64,000 nucleotides of DNA from an archaeon. Lineage in GTDB: Archaea; Nanobdellota; Nanobdellia; Pacearchaeales; DTIR01. The notes below the pieces were generated by a model. The model was not told where the DNA came from, did not search any database, and saw only the letters and a program-made list of their open reading frames with translations. The translations under genes and the position numbers were made by a program. The stretch's first letter is position 1. Each line of letters begins with the position of its first letter. Shown here piece after piece: positions 53,692-63,401 of this stretch. The DNA lies in NCBI GenBank assembly GCA_043808285.1, contig JAZDFA010000012.1:312-64311 (forward strand), in the 5' to 3' direction.

Positions 53692-54585
53692 TTATTTTTT
53701 CCTCAGCTCTTCCTCTCCAAAAGCAGGATATTTCATTATTGCAAGATTGCTTTGTTCCATTATAGCAGCCCATTCTTCAGCTTTTTTGTGGTCTATGCCA
53801 AAAGCAGTGGATATTTCACTTATCTTTAATTTTCCAAATTGCTCCAAAAGAAGCAAAAGCTTGTCAAAATCAGTTTCAGTAGGCTTCCTTATTTTTTGAA
53901 GCTCCCTTACAGCCTTTATTATTTCATTTTTGCGTGATTTCTCTTTAATTAATGCAGGAGTAAGAGAAGAAATTGACATTGCGATTATTGCAATAATAAA
54001 GGATATGAAATTTCTCTTGAATAAGGAGCTTACTGCCAATCCGACGACAAATGGCCATGTTACAATGTAGATCATCATTTTTCTTTTAGTGCTGTCAATA
54101 GCAGCCATGTAACAAATAAGAGTGAACACCATAATCACAATTGATATAGAAAATGAGAGGATATTTTCGCTTAGCAATGACATTATTGCAAGTGCAAGAC
54201 TGACAATAATAAAACAAGAATATATCACTTTGTATTTTGAAAGCTCTTGATTCCTCACTTTAACGCCTCTTGCAACAAGGGCATGCTGTTCTTTTTCAGC
54301 AAACCATCCCCTCTTTTTTTGAGGCTTGCCAAATGCCTGAGCCCTTGTTTTCTCTACTGCCTTTTGAACTTTTTTATCAGAAATTTTAATTGGCTTGCTT
54401 TTTGGAAGAAGAAAACTAAAACTTTTTTGCTCTTTTACTTCTTCCTTAGGTTCGGGAGCATCTGTTTTCTTTTTGGCAAAAAAAAGATTTAATCCCCTGG
54501 CTTTTGGTTTTTTAGCTTCAGGATTCTTTTTATCTCTTTTATTCAATTTTGCCTTTAGCTTAACCTCTTTTTTCTTCTTCACCAT
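53692..54585 (-). CDS. Lys-rich, 4-TM membrane protein with a C-terminal wHTH-like domain
   Basis: The N-terminus is basic, four hydrophobic helices follow, and the C-terminus reads LKISEISTAFGIDHKKAEEWAAIMEQSNLAI. It lies directly upstream of the pilus ATPase. Confidence 0.55.
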   Translation of the reverse strand: MVKKKKEVKLKAKLNKRDKKNPEAKKPKARGLNLFFAKKKTDAPEPKEEVKEQKSFSFLLPKSKPIKISDKKVQKAVEKTRAQAFGKPQKKRGWFAEKEQHALVARGVKVRNQELSKYKVIYSCFIIVSLALAIMSLLSENILSFSISIVIMVFTLICYMAAIDSTKRKMMIYIVTWPFVVGLAVSSLFKRNFISFIIAIIAMSISSLTPALIKEKSRKNEIIKAVRELQKIRKPTETDFDKLLLLLEQFGKLKISEISTAFGIDHKKAEEWAAIMEQSNLAIMKYPAFGEEELRKK

Positions 54586-54625
54586 CTTCTTTAATATATA
54601 TCTCGAGATGTTTATAAATTTTTAT

Positions 54626-55501
54626 TTATTCGCCTGAAGTGATATACACAGAGTCTATCTTTTCTGCTTTCAATTCGGGGAAACTTACATTAAGCACATT
54701 CTCAAAAAGTTTTACTCTCATCCCAGAATCTGTTCTATTGAAGTTATCTATTTTTGTGCTTATAATCATGTTATCTGGATTATTCGTCCATATTTCTAGG
54801 ATATTGTTTATGAGGTCTATTTTTACCTTATTTCCTCCTTTAAAGAATATCTGAACCTGATGATTGTCCGCAGGGTCTACATTAGCTTTTTTTACTTCTC
54901 TATGTCCATAATTATCTACACCAATAACACTAAAAGTGAATGTTCCAGTATCCCTAAACTGAGAACTTAAATTATCTATCTGAACAATTGTGCTGTTTAC
55001 TTCAATATCATAAGACTTAAAGTTTATTTCTTTAGGGACTACTCTTAATGTTACGTGCCCAGTTCCCCAAGCTCTTGAGTAGGTTACATTATAGGGGTTT
55101 ATGACAATCGGGGTTTCTTTTTGCTGCATGCCAGTAAGATTAATCTTTATGTGGGGTTCCTGCGCCTCCACAAAATCCCTGTAGTTTTCAACTATTGAAT
55201 TAAATTCCTCTCCCCATTCGTCGCTTCTGCTAGAGATATTGTCTACAATTGTAACATTAAGATATCTAGAGTCCTTTTCTATAATCATCTTGCAGCTGTA
55301 ATATGCATTGAATATGTCTCTTATGCCTGATTTGGTAGATGTAGACAAGTCAGATATCCTATCTACTGCAAAGCTTTCACTCATCTTTAAATCTGATGCA
55401 GAGATAGTCCATATAGTTATTATTGCCGGAAGCAGAAATAGAATACTTATTGTAAAGAAAAGTGCTTTTTTATTTTTTAAGTAGTGAATCATTTTTTCCA
55501 T
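54626..55501 (-). CDS. pilus-locus protein with an N-terminal hydrophobic helix (possible prepilin-like)
   Basis: The N-terminus is KNKKALFFTISILFLLPAIITIWTISA. The rest is a beta-rich extracellular domain. Confidence 0.5.
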   Translation of the reverse strand: MEKMIHYLKNKKALFFTISILFLLPAIITIWTISASDLKMSESFAVDRISDLSTSTKSGIRDIFNAYYSCKMIIEKDSRYLNVTIVDNISSRSDEWGEEFNSIVENYRDFVEAQEPHIKINLTGMQQKETPIVINPYNVTYSRAWGTGHVTLRVVPKEINFKSYDIEVNSTIVQIDNLSSQFRDTGTFTFSVIGVDNYGHREVKKANVDPADNHQVQIFFKGGNKVKIDLINNILEIWTNNPDNMIISTKIDNFNRTDSGMRVKLFENVLNVSFPELKAEKIDSVYITSGE

Positions 55502-55941
55502 ATCCTATAGTTTATCACGCCAAATTTTGATATCTGATTGTTATTTTTTATCACAAAAAATCTTTTGCCAGAGCTTACAAATCCTTCAGGATAAGGAGAT
55601 GTAGTAAAATTAAGAGAGGATCTTCCACTAAGGTCAGTATTAAAGGTAGTTATGTTAATCTCCACATTTTCCATCTGGGTGATATTGCTTATTTCCTGCC
55701 TCAACAGTGTAGAATTTAATGAATTAATCAGGTTATTGTTATCCACTAGCGCTGCAATATCGCTTCCTGTTTTGGCAAGATAAATCTGATTTAATGATTC
55801 TTTGTTCTGCATTGTTGAGGATAGCACAGCTATGACAACAAATACCAAGATTATTGATACCAAGGCATCAAGGCTTAGCACAAATCCTTTATTCCCATAG
55901 CGTAACTTGCAATACTCCATCTTTTCCCTCGAAAAATACAT
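55489..55941 (-). CDS. prepilin-like protein (class III signal peptide candidate)
   Basis: The N-terminus is GNKG|FVLSLDALVSIILVFVVIAVL. The start codon is uncertain. Confidence 0.55.
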   Translation of the reverse strand: MYFSREKMEYCKLRYGNKGFVLSLDALVSIILVFVVIAVLSSTMQNKESLNQIYLAKTGSDIAALVDNNNLINSLNSTLLRQEISNITQMENVEINITTFNTDLSGRSSLNFTTSPYPEGFVSSGKRFFVIKNNNQISKFGVINYRIWKK

Positions 55942-56356
55942 TTCTTTTTATGTTCACCGCTTTGTCTCCATTCGGAGCAGAACCGCATTGAACTGTGCGG
56001 TTCCCAGTCAGTGAAAAATAAAGATGATATTGGATTCGAAACATGTCTTTGGTATCATTCTGATTAATAAGGCAGAACTGGTCAACTTTTTGAGAGGAGA
56101 TCATCCGGTCATCATATGCCAAGCCAGGCATCTTAACATTTGTAGAATCCCAAGAATATGGAATCCCCGGATTTCTTGAGAGATAATCACTTATTTGTAT
56201 TGCATTTACAATCATGTATTTGTAGTCAGTTTCTGTCAGTGCCTTTATTTCAGCTTCTGTGATTGCAGATATTGCATATGCAAGAACTATGCTAAATATG
56301 AATACTGCAGTTAGAAAATCCATTGTGCTTATCTGGGCTTTTTTTATTTTAATCAT
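55889..56356 (-). CDS. prepilin-like protein (class III signal peptide)
   Basis: The N-terminus is MIKIKKA|QISTMDFLTAVFIFSIVLAYAI. Confidence 0.65.
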   Translation of the reverse strand: MIKIKKAQISTMDFLTAVFIFSIVLAYAISAITEAEIKALTETDYKYMIVNAIQISDYLSRNPGIPYSWDSTNVKMPGLAYDDRMISSQKVDQFCLINQNDTKDMFRIQYHLYFSLTGNRTVQCGSAPNGDKAVNIKRNVFFEGKDGVLQVTLWE

Positions 56357-56358
56357 TT

Positions 56359-58050
56359 TTATTGCTGGGTTATGTATACCTCATTGTCAATGTTTTGTAT
56401 GCGCATATTGCCTGTAAATTGGCCTATCGTGTTTATATCTCCTGAATAACTGCATGATAATTGCGAGGTTCTAGGCAATATCGAGAGCTGGTAAATTCGT
56501 TCAATAAGCTCTGCTATCTTTTCAGAATAATCCTCTTGGTTTGCTGCAACCTGGAAATCCCCAAAGTAGAATACTTTTCCAAGACCATAATTCCAAAATA
56601 TCATGGCAGGATTGCCATCTGCGTTATATGCTGCAACAACAGAATCCTGCTTGAGGTTTGATGCAGTAATATTTATTGAAGCAGAGTCTATTACTAGGAA
56701 AGAATCTTTGTTATTGCCATTATAATATGCGAGATTTAACCTTATTTTGATTATTTTATTGCTGCTTAAGAAATTGCTTATATTCCCCGAAGGGGAATAA
56801 GAGTTTGATACTTCAAGCCCCACATCATCAGTTCTCAATAAGCCGATATTCTGCCAAATGCCTGAAGAGTAATTGTAAATATTAACTGCTTGGGCGCCTT
56901 CAATATTGCCTTCTGCCGCATCACCGTCACATGCAGCAGGTGCTGCATCGCTGCCGTCATGGCAATAATTAACTGAAAAATTAATGCTTTGTATGTCTTT
57001 TTGCTGTATTGTCAAATTGCTTAGGTTAAATATCAATTCAGCATATGCACTTATATTATAGCCATTGTTTGCGCTTCCAAAATACCAATAGACATTGTCA
57101 TCTGTAGAAGCATCTAAATATGACCCGCCGCTTGAAGAATACGTTCCGTTGAGAGCACCGCTGTAAGCATTTTTGTAATTGCTAGATTCTAGAATGATGT
57201 AAGAATTCTCTTCAAAGTCAAAAGTATCTCCTTTATGTATTTCTGGATAATAGTCTTCTGGGGGATCTATAATTACCGTAAGAGGATGGCCATAACTGCC
57301 GCTTCGTTGAGTTATATTAGCTCCAAAGACATTCCATTTATCTGAATTGTATCCTGGAGGGTTGCACTGATAGGAAGTGGAAGCAAAAATTCCAGAGCTT
57401 TGCTCTCTGCACATGACATGCTCTGCAAATATCAGCGTATTGCCTTTGGCTATCCATTCCTCAAATATTTGAAGATATGTCTTGCCATTATACATTGCAT
57501 TATACCCCAAGTGGGGGTCTTCAAGGTAGATGACTGTGTAATCATCTATATCTCTTACTAAATCATCAAGGGTCTTGCCTATACTGTCCCATGTAGGGAC
57601 ACTTATTCCTGGAGTCTGCCACTGCTGGCAGCCTGCACCGCTTCCAATATCGCTAAAACATGTCTTGTACCATACTGGATTGAATTTTGAATTAAGGTTG
57701 TCATAAAAACTTTGTGTAGACTCTCCTGCTTCTGAAGCTAGAACTGCGATTCTTGTCCGCTCTACTGTAAGATTTTCAATATTTTTTATCATGATGCTGT
57801 CATTGTAGAATATTGCAGCATATTCTGTTTTTGTTCCAACAGATGTGCCATCTTCTGCATTTGCAACAGAAGAAACAAGATTTGAAATCCTAAGGCATTC
57901 CCTCCTTTTTTCAACATAATCTTTTATATCCTTGCTTTCCCTTTGCCTTTCCATTCCAAATATCAAGAGGGTTACAAACATTCCCAATAGAACTATTATT
58001 ATCATTAACAGCTCAATATCAGCCTGTGACTTGGATTGTGTTATTCTCAT
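56359..58050 (-). CDS. large (563 aa) prepilin-like protein, candidate pilus-associated adhesin
   Basis: The N-terminus MRITQSKS|QADIELLMIIIVLLGMFVTLLIF has Q at +1 and E at +5. A large extracellular domain follows. Confidence 0.6.
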   Translation of the reverse strand: MRITQSKSQADIELLMIIIVLLGMFVTLLIFGMERQRESKDIKDYVEKRRECLRISNLVSSVANAEDGTSVGTKTEYAAIFYNDSIMIKNIENLTVERTRIAVLASEAGESTQSFYDNLNSKFNPVWYKTCFSDIGSGAGCQQWQTPGISVPTWDSIGKTLDDLVRDIDDYTVIYLEDPHLGYNAMYNGKTYLQIFEEWIAKGNTLIFAEHVMCREQSSGIFASTSYQCNPPGYNSDKWNVFGANITQRSGSYGHPLTVIIDPPEDYYPEIHKGDTFDFEENSYIILESSNYKNAYSGALNGTYSSSGGSYLDASTDDNVYWYFGSANNGYNISAYAELIFNLSNLTIQQKDIQSINFSVNYCHDGSDAAPAACDGDAAEGNIEGAQAVNIYNYSSGIWQNIGLLRTDDVGLEVSNSYSPSGNISNFLSSNKIIKIRLNLAYYNGNNKDSFLVIDSASINITASNLKQDSVVAAYNADGNPAMIFWNYGLGKVFYFGDFQVAANQEDYSEKIAELIERIYQLSILPRTSQLSCSYSGDINTIGQFTGNMRIQNIDNEVYITQQ

Positions 58051-58411
58051 TTTTAATTGTTACATGATAGGTGCCTTCTTTTATTGGGATGCTTCCAGTT
58101 ATATTCCCCTTAGTTTCCTGGCTTATCTGAGAATTTCCGTTGAATATTGATAATGTAAGAACGATTTCTTTGCCGCTTATTGTTATATTCCTCACCCCTC
58201 CAGGAACTTTTACCTGTATAGTATCTTGCGAGCCTATGCCAAGAGAGTAGAGAGTATCTGCAGTATTTGCAACACTCTTTACAAGGTTGTCTGCTTCATT
58301 CATCTTTATTGTCTGGACAGATGTTGAAAATGAATAGTAGAAAACCGGGCCAAGAAGCAAGATTATGAGCCCTACCATTAGGAGATATTCAAAAGATATT
58401 TGCGCTTTCAT
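58019..58411 (-). CDS. archaeal type IV pilin (class III signal peptide)
   Basis: The N-terminus MKA|QISFEYLLMVGLIILLLGPVFYY has the canonical [KR][GA]Q.S.E(Y/F) motif. Confidence 0.8.
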   Translation of the reverse strand: MKAQISFEYLLMVGLIILLLGPVFYYSFSTSVQTIKMNEADNLVKSVANTADTLYSLGIGSQDTIQVKVPGGVRNITISGKEIVLTLSIFNGNSQISQETKGNITGSIPIKEGTYHVTIKNENNTIQVTG

Positions 58412-58483
58412 CCTCTTTATTTATGAACTATTTATATATAGATTTTTATTAATCTGTTGTTATGTCAATAGAAAACAATAAGG

Positions 58484-58491
58484 TTTATATA
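58484..58491 (+). promoter_or_regulatory. TATA-like box for the divergent pilin gene
   Basis: tttatata is centred ~26 nt upstream of the ATG at 58513, consistent with a leaderless start. Confidence 0.4.
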
Positions 58492-58512
58492 TATAGATGT
58501 TGGAATATTAAA

Positions 58513-58971
58513 ATGACAATTAAAATGGAAAAAAGAGGACAAGCAGCTCTAGAGTTCTTGATGACTTACGGATGGGCTATTCTTGTTGTCTTAGTCGCAA
58601 TAGGCGCATTGGCTTATTTCGGAGTATTAAGGCCAGAAAGGTTATTACCTGAAAAATGTGTAATAGCAACAGGTTCTGGAGTATACTGCGATGATTTCAG
58701 TGCTACAACAACTGGCGTGACTTTTAGACTTAAGAATATGTTGCCAGAATCCATAACTTTATCGAGCGTTAGCATAACAGCTACTGGTGAGACATGTGCT
58801 GCAAACACAAACGCGACTGTAATTGCTTCAGATGCAACAGGCGATGTTATCGTGACTTGCTCAACACTTGCTTCAGGCGATAAGTTAAAGGGTGATGTGG
58901 CAATAGCATACACAAAGAGTGGCGGATTGTCAAAGCAGACTACCGGACAACTTGTTACAGTAGTGCCTTAA
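58513..58971 (+). CDS. archaeal type IV pilin (class III signal peptide)
   Basis: The N-terminus is MTIKMEKRG|QAALEFLMTYGWAILVVLVAIGALAYF. The track ORF opens earlier, at 58462. A T8 terminator lies at ~59011. Confidence 0.8.
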   Translation: MTIKMEKRGQAALEFLMTYGWAILVVLVAIGALAYFGVLRPERLLPEKCVIATGSGVYCDDFSATTTGVTFRLKNMLPESITLSSVSITATGETCAANTNATVIASDATGDVIVTCSTLASGDKLKGDVAIAYTKSGGLSKQTTGQLVTVVP

Positions 58972-59102
58972 AAATCCCTATTGAAAAGCTCGTCTAAAAG
59001 TTAGAACTTGTTTTTTTTATTTTTATATCTTTTTCTTTATTTTTATCTTATATTGTGTTTTTTGGATAATCTCTAGTTAGAAGGATGGACTATTCATTAT
59101 TA

Positions 59103-59400
59103 ATTTACGCCCCACCCGCCCACCCAAGGCTAAGACATTTACTTTTGTTAATTGCTGTATCCTCCTTTAGCAGTTAGGAGTGGGGCAGCTAGGAGGGGTA
59201 ATTTAAAAATTTGCAGATGAATTAGTTTTCCTTCCTTCCCTTCACACTTGAATCATCCTACGCATAACTCTATAATTTTCTTAACCCTTAATAATTTCTA
59301 GAATAATTAGCCCCCCCCAATTCTTCTTTGGTTTGTCCCATCTTTTTTGCCCCCTATCAAGAAGCCGACTGCTAAATTAATAATTATTAACAATGCCTTA
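59103..59400 (+). repeat. intergenic repeat family, locus d
   Basis: Its blocks are tttacgccccacccgcccaccc, tttagcagttaggagtggggcag (59166-59188), atttgcagatgaattagttttc, cacacttgaat, cgcataactc, a C8 run, and actgctaaattaataattattaa with the palindrome at 59377-59390. Confidence 0.8.
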
Positions 59401-59423
59401 GAACTCATCAGAACTTAGAAATA

Positions 59424-60149
59424 TCAGCCGTTCCCGTTTATGGACAATACTGATTTGATGTTAACTTCCAAACCTTTTTTGCTTATCTTGAAAGGAAAAA
59501 CTTTTTCAGGAGTAGGAGTGCCCCTCATTTTTATGATCTCTATTCCTCTTTTTCTTATGCCCTTTTGCAGAGCGTGATAAAGAAGGGTTATGCTGTCTAC
59601 TTCAAATTCAACACCTGGAGAAATAATTGTCTCATTAATCATCATTTGAGATGTGAGAATAGCCGTGCAATTCCATTTGCTAATCAGCTCAAAAAATGCC
59701 AATGCCGCCTCTTTTTTTGTAAGCTCATCCTGATAGAGGAGAGCAAAAGATGTTATGCTGTCAATCACAAGCCTTGTGGTTTTTGTTTTTTCTATTATCG
59801 TCTCTATTTCTCCTCCCCCTTCTGTTATGAGCCTTTTGATTTGCTCTGGGGTATATTCAATAAAGAACAGTTTGCCTTTCTTTTCATACTCTGCCAAATC
59901 CCATCCAAATCCCAGCATATCTCCGTAAGTCTTGTCTTTTTTTTCTTCGAATGTGATGTACAATACATTTTCCCCATTCTTGAGTCCTTCAACAAGGAAT
60001 TGCATAGCCATTATCGTCTTTCCAGAACCTGCGCTTCCTGCTATGAGATTTATGGAGTTCTTTCTAAAACCCCCAATCATTTTGTCTATGGTTTCTATTC
60101 CTGATTTTACTCTTTCATTAGTTTTCACTGGTTTTTTGGATTTTGCCAT
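59424..60149 (-). CDS. KaiC-like ATPase
   Basis: GIETIDKMIGGFRKNSINLIAGSAGSGKTIMAMQFL contains Walker A. LVIDSITS is the Walker B-like segment. Confidence 0.85.
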   Translation of the reverse strand: MAKSKKPVKTNERVKSGIETIDKMIGGFRKNSINLIAGSAGSGKTIMAMQFLVEGLKNGENVLYITFEEKKDKTYGDMLGFGWDLAEYEKKGKLFFIEYTPEQIKRLITEGGGEIETIIEKTKTTRLVIDSITSFALLYQDELTKKEAALAFFELISKWNCTAILTSQMMINETIISPGVEFEVDSITLLYHALQKGIRKRGIEIIKMRGTPTPEKVFPFKISKKGLEVNIKSVLSINGNG

Positions 60150-60150
60150 T

Positions 60151-60840
60151 TTATTTTAATGAGAAAGGAACCTGCTTTGTGTATACTTTTATTCCCCCTT
60201 TGTCTATTAGGAATGGAAAAATATTGAGAAGATGCTCCTGGCCTCTCATCTTTACCACATTAATGCATCTTTCAAAGCTTTCTCCTTTTCTTATTTTTGC
60301 AAGAAGAACCAATCCGTCAAAAAGAAAATCCTGAGCCTTGTAATTAATCAGGTCTATGCTTGGGGTATTTTCCTGAGAGACGACTAATGCTGTAACTTTT
60401 GCGTCTCTTATTATGTCCATGAATTGGAGAAGGCTTTTACGGAACTCTAATTCTGATGGTGCAGCGTATTCAAAATAAGTGAGGGAATCCAGGACAACCC
60501 TTTTGATTTTTTTTGTTTTTATTATTTCCATTGCCTTTGCAATTGAAACAGGCCTTGATACAGAGATATTTTCTTTGAGGAAATGCATTATTCCTTTTTT
60601 CTCAAAATCATCAAAGTTTAGACCAATGTTTTGGGCATAAGATTTTATCATGTCTACTGTTTCTTCACAGCTTATATAGAGGCATGGTTCTTTATTGAGG
60701 CAGCCTTGATATATGAATTGCAATGCAAGAATGCTTTTTCCTGTTCCCGGAGCGCCTGTAACAAGAATAGAAGAATTTTCATTGAAGCCGCCTTTTAGAA
60801 TCTCGTCCAGCCCTTCTATGCCTGTTTTTACTCTGCTCAT
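60151..60840 (-). CDS. KaiC-like ATPase (tandem paralog)
   Basis: GIEGLDEILKGGFNENSSILVTGAPGTGKSILALQFI contains Walker A. VVLDSLT is the Walker B-like segment. The gap to the next KaiC-like gene is 1 nt. Confidence 0.85.
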   Translation of the reverse strand: MSRVKTGIEGLDEILKGGFNENSSILVTGAPGTGKSILALQFIYQGCLNKEPCLYISCEETVDMIKSYAQNIGLNFDDFEKKGIMHFLKENISVSRPVSIAKAMEIIKTKKIKRVVLDSLTYFEYAAPSELEFRKSLLQFMDIIRDAKVTALVVSQENTPSIDLINYKAQDFLFDGLVLLAKIRKGESFERCINVVKMRGQEHLLNIFPFLIDKGGIKVYTKQVPFSLK

Positions 60841-60908
60841 AGTTATTTAATTCATGCATGAAATCTTTAAAAACCTTTTCAAAATTTTTATCAAATTAAC
60901 ATATCTTA

Positions 60909-62564
60909 TTAGTTGAAAAGATTAGCATTAAATACCAGGCTAAGAAATGCAATAAAACTGAGAATTCCACCTATAATCCCGAGTATTCTGCCTATTGCAG
61001 CAGTCCTTGTGGGTTTTCTTAGCTTTTGGAGTGTGGAAAGCCATATAGCTATCATTGAGAAAGGATAGCCGATGATAGGCCATAACGCAGTTATAATTCC
61101 AAGAATGCCTAATATGAGGGCTAATCTGCTCAAATCTTTTTTGTTCTTATCTTTTTGCTGCAACTTTGCCTTTGCTATACTTTTGGTCCCGAACACCACA
61201 AAAATAAGTGCGAATATGACTATCACTATAAGAGTTATCCAAGTGTATACTTTTATCCAGTAAGCTATTGCATCCTCCATTTTTTCAGTTTCATCCTTGT
61301 AAAAGTTACCTCCAAGAGATTCCCAATACCCTGACATAAATTTTTTATAATCCATCTCTCCGTTTGGATAAATCATGCAGTAATAACCTGCTGAAAGATT
61401 TAAGACATACTTTGCCGAATAAATTTCTAATTTTCCTTCTTTAAGGACTACTTCAGTAGTATTTGTTGTTTCATTGTAATTAACAATAAATTCAGTGCCT
61501 TTGCTGAAAATACCTGCATTTGGTGTGTCTATTTCAAATTTCTGTGTATCGAGCAATTTTATTTTTGATTTCAGTGTGCCTCTTGCAAGATAATATTGGT
61601 CTAGAAGGGCATTGCCAACTCTTAATTCTGTGTTGGGCCCAAGATTTATCCTTCCAGCATCTGAGAATATGATGTTTACTTTAGCATCTTTGCCTGTAAT
61701 GACTTTGTCTTTAACATTTAGGTAAAGCTCATGACCTGGAATAACCTTTGTGCCATCTGACCTTTCAACATATGCATCTCCTAAATATCCGCCCATGTTA
61801 GGGTTCATTCTTCCGAATTCATCTCTGCCCCTATCAGAATTTGTATTAAATTCTGGCTCTAGCTCATCAGCTAAACCTCCGTAACTAGGAGTTCCTGTTC
61901 CATCAGCTGTTTGAGTATCCTGTTGTGCTGCCTCTTTTTGCGCATCATCCAGTTCTTTTTTTGCTCTCTCAACATTTGCGGCTAATTCTGCCAAGTATTC
62001 CTTATCATAGGGTATAAGATATTCCAACCTAGTGATATCTTGATTTACTTCATCAAGCTCGTCTTCTTTTTTATTCATTGGTTGTGCAGCATCATATGCT
62101 TCTGATTCCCATTCTGCGCAGGACTTTCCTTCCCATATCCCCCCCGTATCAGCATACAGGCATTCTAGCTGTTTGCCTGCCGGGACATCATATATAGCCT
62201 TCAAAGCAGCGAATTGAGGAGATAATATCTCTCTTCTAGCCTTTAAATCATTCAATTCCTGTTCTGCCTCTTGAATCTTTTTTAATTGCTCATCATAATA
62301 TGTTTGTGTTTCTTGATACCATGTTTGTATTTCTTGAACAGGGTCATAGGATTCACTCCCAGATTCATAGCCACCAGCAGACCCTGTTTCATCAGCACCG
62401 TCAACAGGCCCTGAATCTCCAATTGGCGGTACGCATAAATTATATGGGGTGGATTCTTCTCCCGGAGCACAATCTCTTGCAAAAACATTTGGGGAATAGA
62501 CAGTGAATAATAAAAATCCTAAAAGAATCCACAGAAGAATGAATGTCAATCCTCCTCTTTTCAT
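60909..62564 (-). CDS. membrane protein: signal peptide, extracellular coiled coil, FecR-like domain, 3 C-terminal TM helices
   Basis: I prefer the ATG at 62564 (MKRGGLTFILLWILLGFLLFTVYSPNVFA); the track opens at a TTG at 62606. The FecR-like pattern is GRINLGPNTELRVGN...GTLKSKIK...FEIDTPNAGIFSKGTEFIVNY. Confidence 0.65.
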   Translation of the reverse strand: MKRGGLTFILLWILLGFLLFTVYSPNVFARDCAPGEESTPYNLCVPPIGDSGPVDGADETGSAGGYESGSESYDPVQEIQTWYQETQTYYDEQLKKIQEAEQELNDLKARREILSPQFAALKAIYDVPAGKQLECLYADTGGIWEGKSCAEWESEAYDAAQPMNKKEDELDEVNQDITRLEYLIPYDKEYLAELAANVERAKKELDDAQKEAAQQDTQTADGTGTPSYGGLADELEPEFNTNSDRGRDEFGRMNPNMGGYLGDAYVERSDGTKVIPGHELYLNVKDKVITGKDAKVNIIFSDAGRINLGPNTELRVGNALLDQYYLARGTLKSKIKLLDTQKFEIDTPNAGIFSKGTEFIVNYNETTNTTEVVLKEGKLEIYSAKYVLNLSAGYYCMIYPNGEMDYKKFMSGYWESLGGNFYKDETEKMEDAIAYWIKVYTWITLIVIVIFALIFVVFGTKSIAKAKLQQKDKNKKDLSRLALILGILGIITALWPIIGYPFSMIAIWLSTLQKLRKPTRTAAIGRILGIIGGILSFIAFLSLVFNANLFN

Positions 62565-62669
62565 GTTTTTATCAAGCAATGCATAGAATTTAAATCTTTT
62601 GAGCAAAAGAAAATATAACTCACGCTGACTCTCTGCCTATATCAAAAGTGATACACTTCTTCTTTTCTG

Positions 62670-63401
62670 TCAAAACAAATTTAGCTTGAAGCATTTTATC
62701 AAACTCACGCCATTTCTTTCTATTAGAAGATTTATCTGCCAGTTCTCCAGCCCTTTTTTTCTTGCTCTTCTAGCAGCATTAGCAATCCTTTTTTCTGAGA
62801 CTGAAGGTTTAGGAACTTCAAACGGTTTTGCATCATACATATTACAAAGCAAAAATATCGCCCTAGAGTTTTTAATTGATTTTGAAATATCTCCAAAGTG
62901 CTTTATTATCCTGTCAAAACTCATTAATGGCTTTTTATTCTCCTTGTGATTTTTATGCCCTTCTGTTGGAATCAACATCAGGGGTGTTTTAACCTCTAAA
63001 TAATCTCTGTTATTAATTAGGAAGTCAATTCTTGATTTCCCCAATTTAACCTCTCTTTTTAACTCTTTAACTTCACCAAGCATATTTTTTAGCAATCCAG
63101 ATTTAATAAAAAATTCAACATATTCATTAGCTTTTGTTTGGTTTATTCCTATCCATTTTTTATTTAAGGCAGAGGATTCATCAAGAGAAAAAGCCTCCAC
63201 GGTGCAGGGAGTTTTTCTATCTGAGTTTTTACTTTCAGATAGCAGACAGGGGATATCTTCAAATTTAATGTTCCCTATTCTTCCGGTTGAAGGGCAATGG
63301 CATTTATGCAATTTTCCATTTATCAGAACATTCATAATAAAACGATTAGGTCTAGACTTAATTATTCCTTCTTGGAGCGGCTGTTCAAATAAGTACTTCA
63401 T
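62670..63401 (-). CDS. sfsA: SfsA-family (sugar fermentation stimulation / nuclease-fold) protein
   Basis: GIIKSRPNRFIMNVLINGKLHKCHCPSTGRIG matches the SfsA N-terminal RPNRF...H.pNtGr signature, and the length is right. Confidence 0.75.
   Translation of the reverse strand: MKYLFEQPLQEGIIKSRPNRFIMNVLINGKLHKCHCPSTGRIGNIKFEDIPCLLSESKNSDRKTPCTVEAFSLDESSALNKKWIGINQTKANEYVEFFIKSGLLKNMLGEVKELKREVKLGKSRIDFLINNRDYLEVKTPLMLIPTEGHKNHKENKKPLMSFDRIIKHFGDISKSIKNSRAIFLLCNMYDAKPFEVPKPSVSEKRIANAARRARKKGLENWQINLLIERNGVSLIKCFKLNLF

Noticed and set aside
26836-59400. Could the recurring intergenic repeats be a CRISPR array, or MITEs with terminal inverted repeats?
   Set aside because: They show no short, regularly spaced repeat/spacer structure. 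The copies are ~300 bp long and kilobases apart. I could not find terminal inverted repeats or target-site duplications at their ends. The inverted segments are internal and imperfect.
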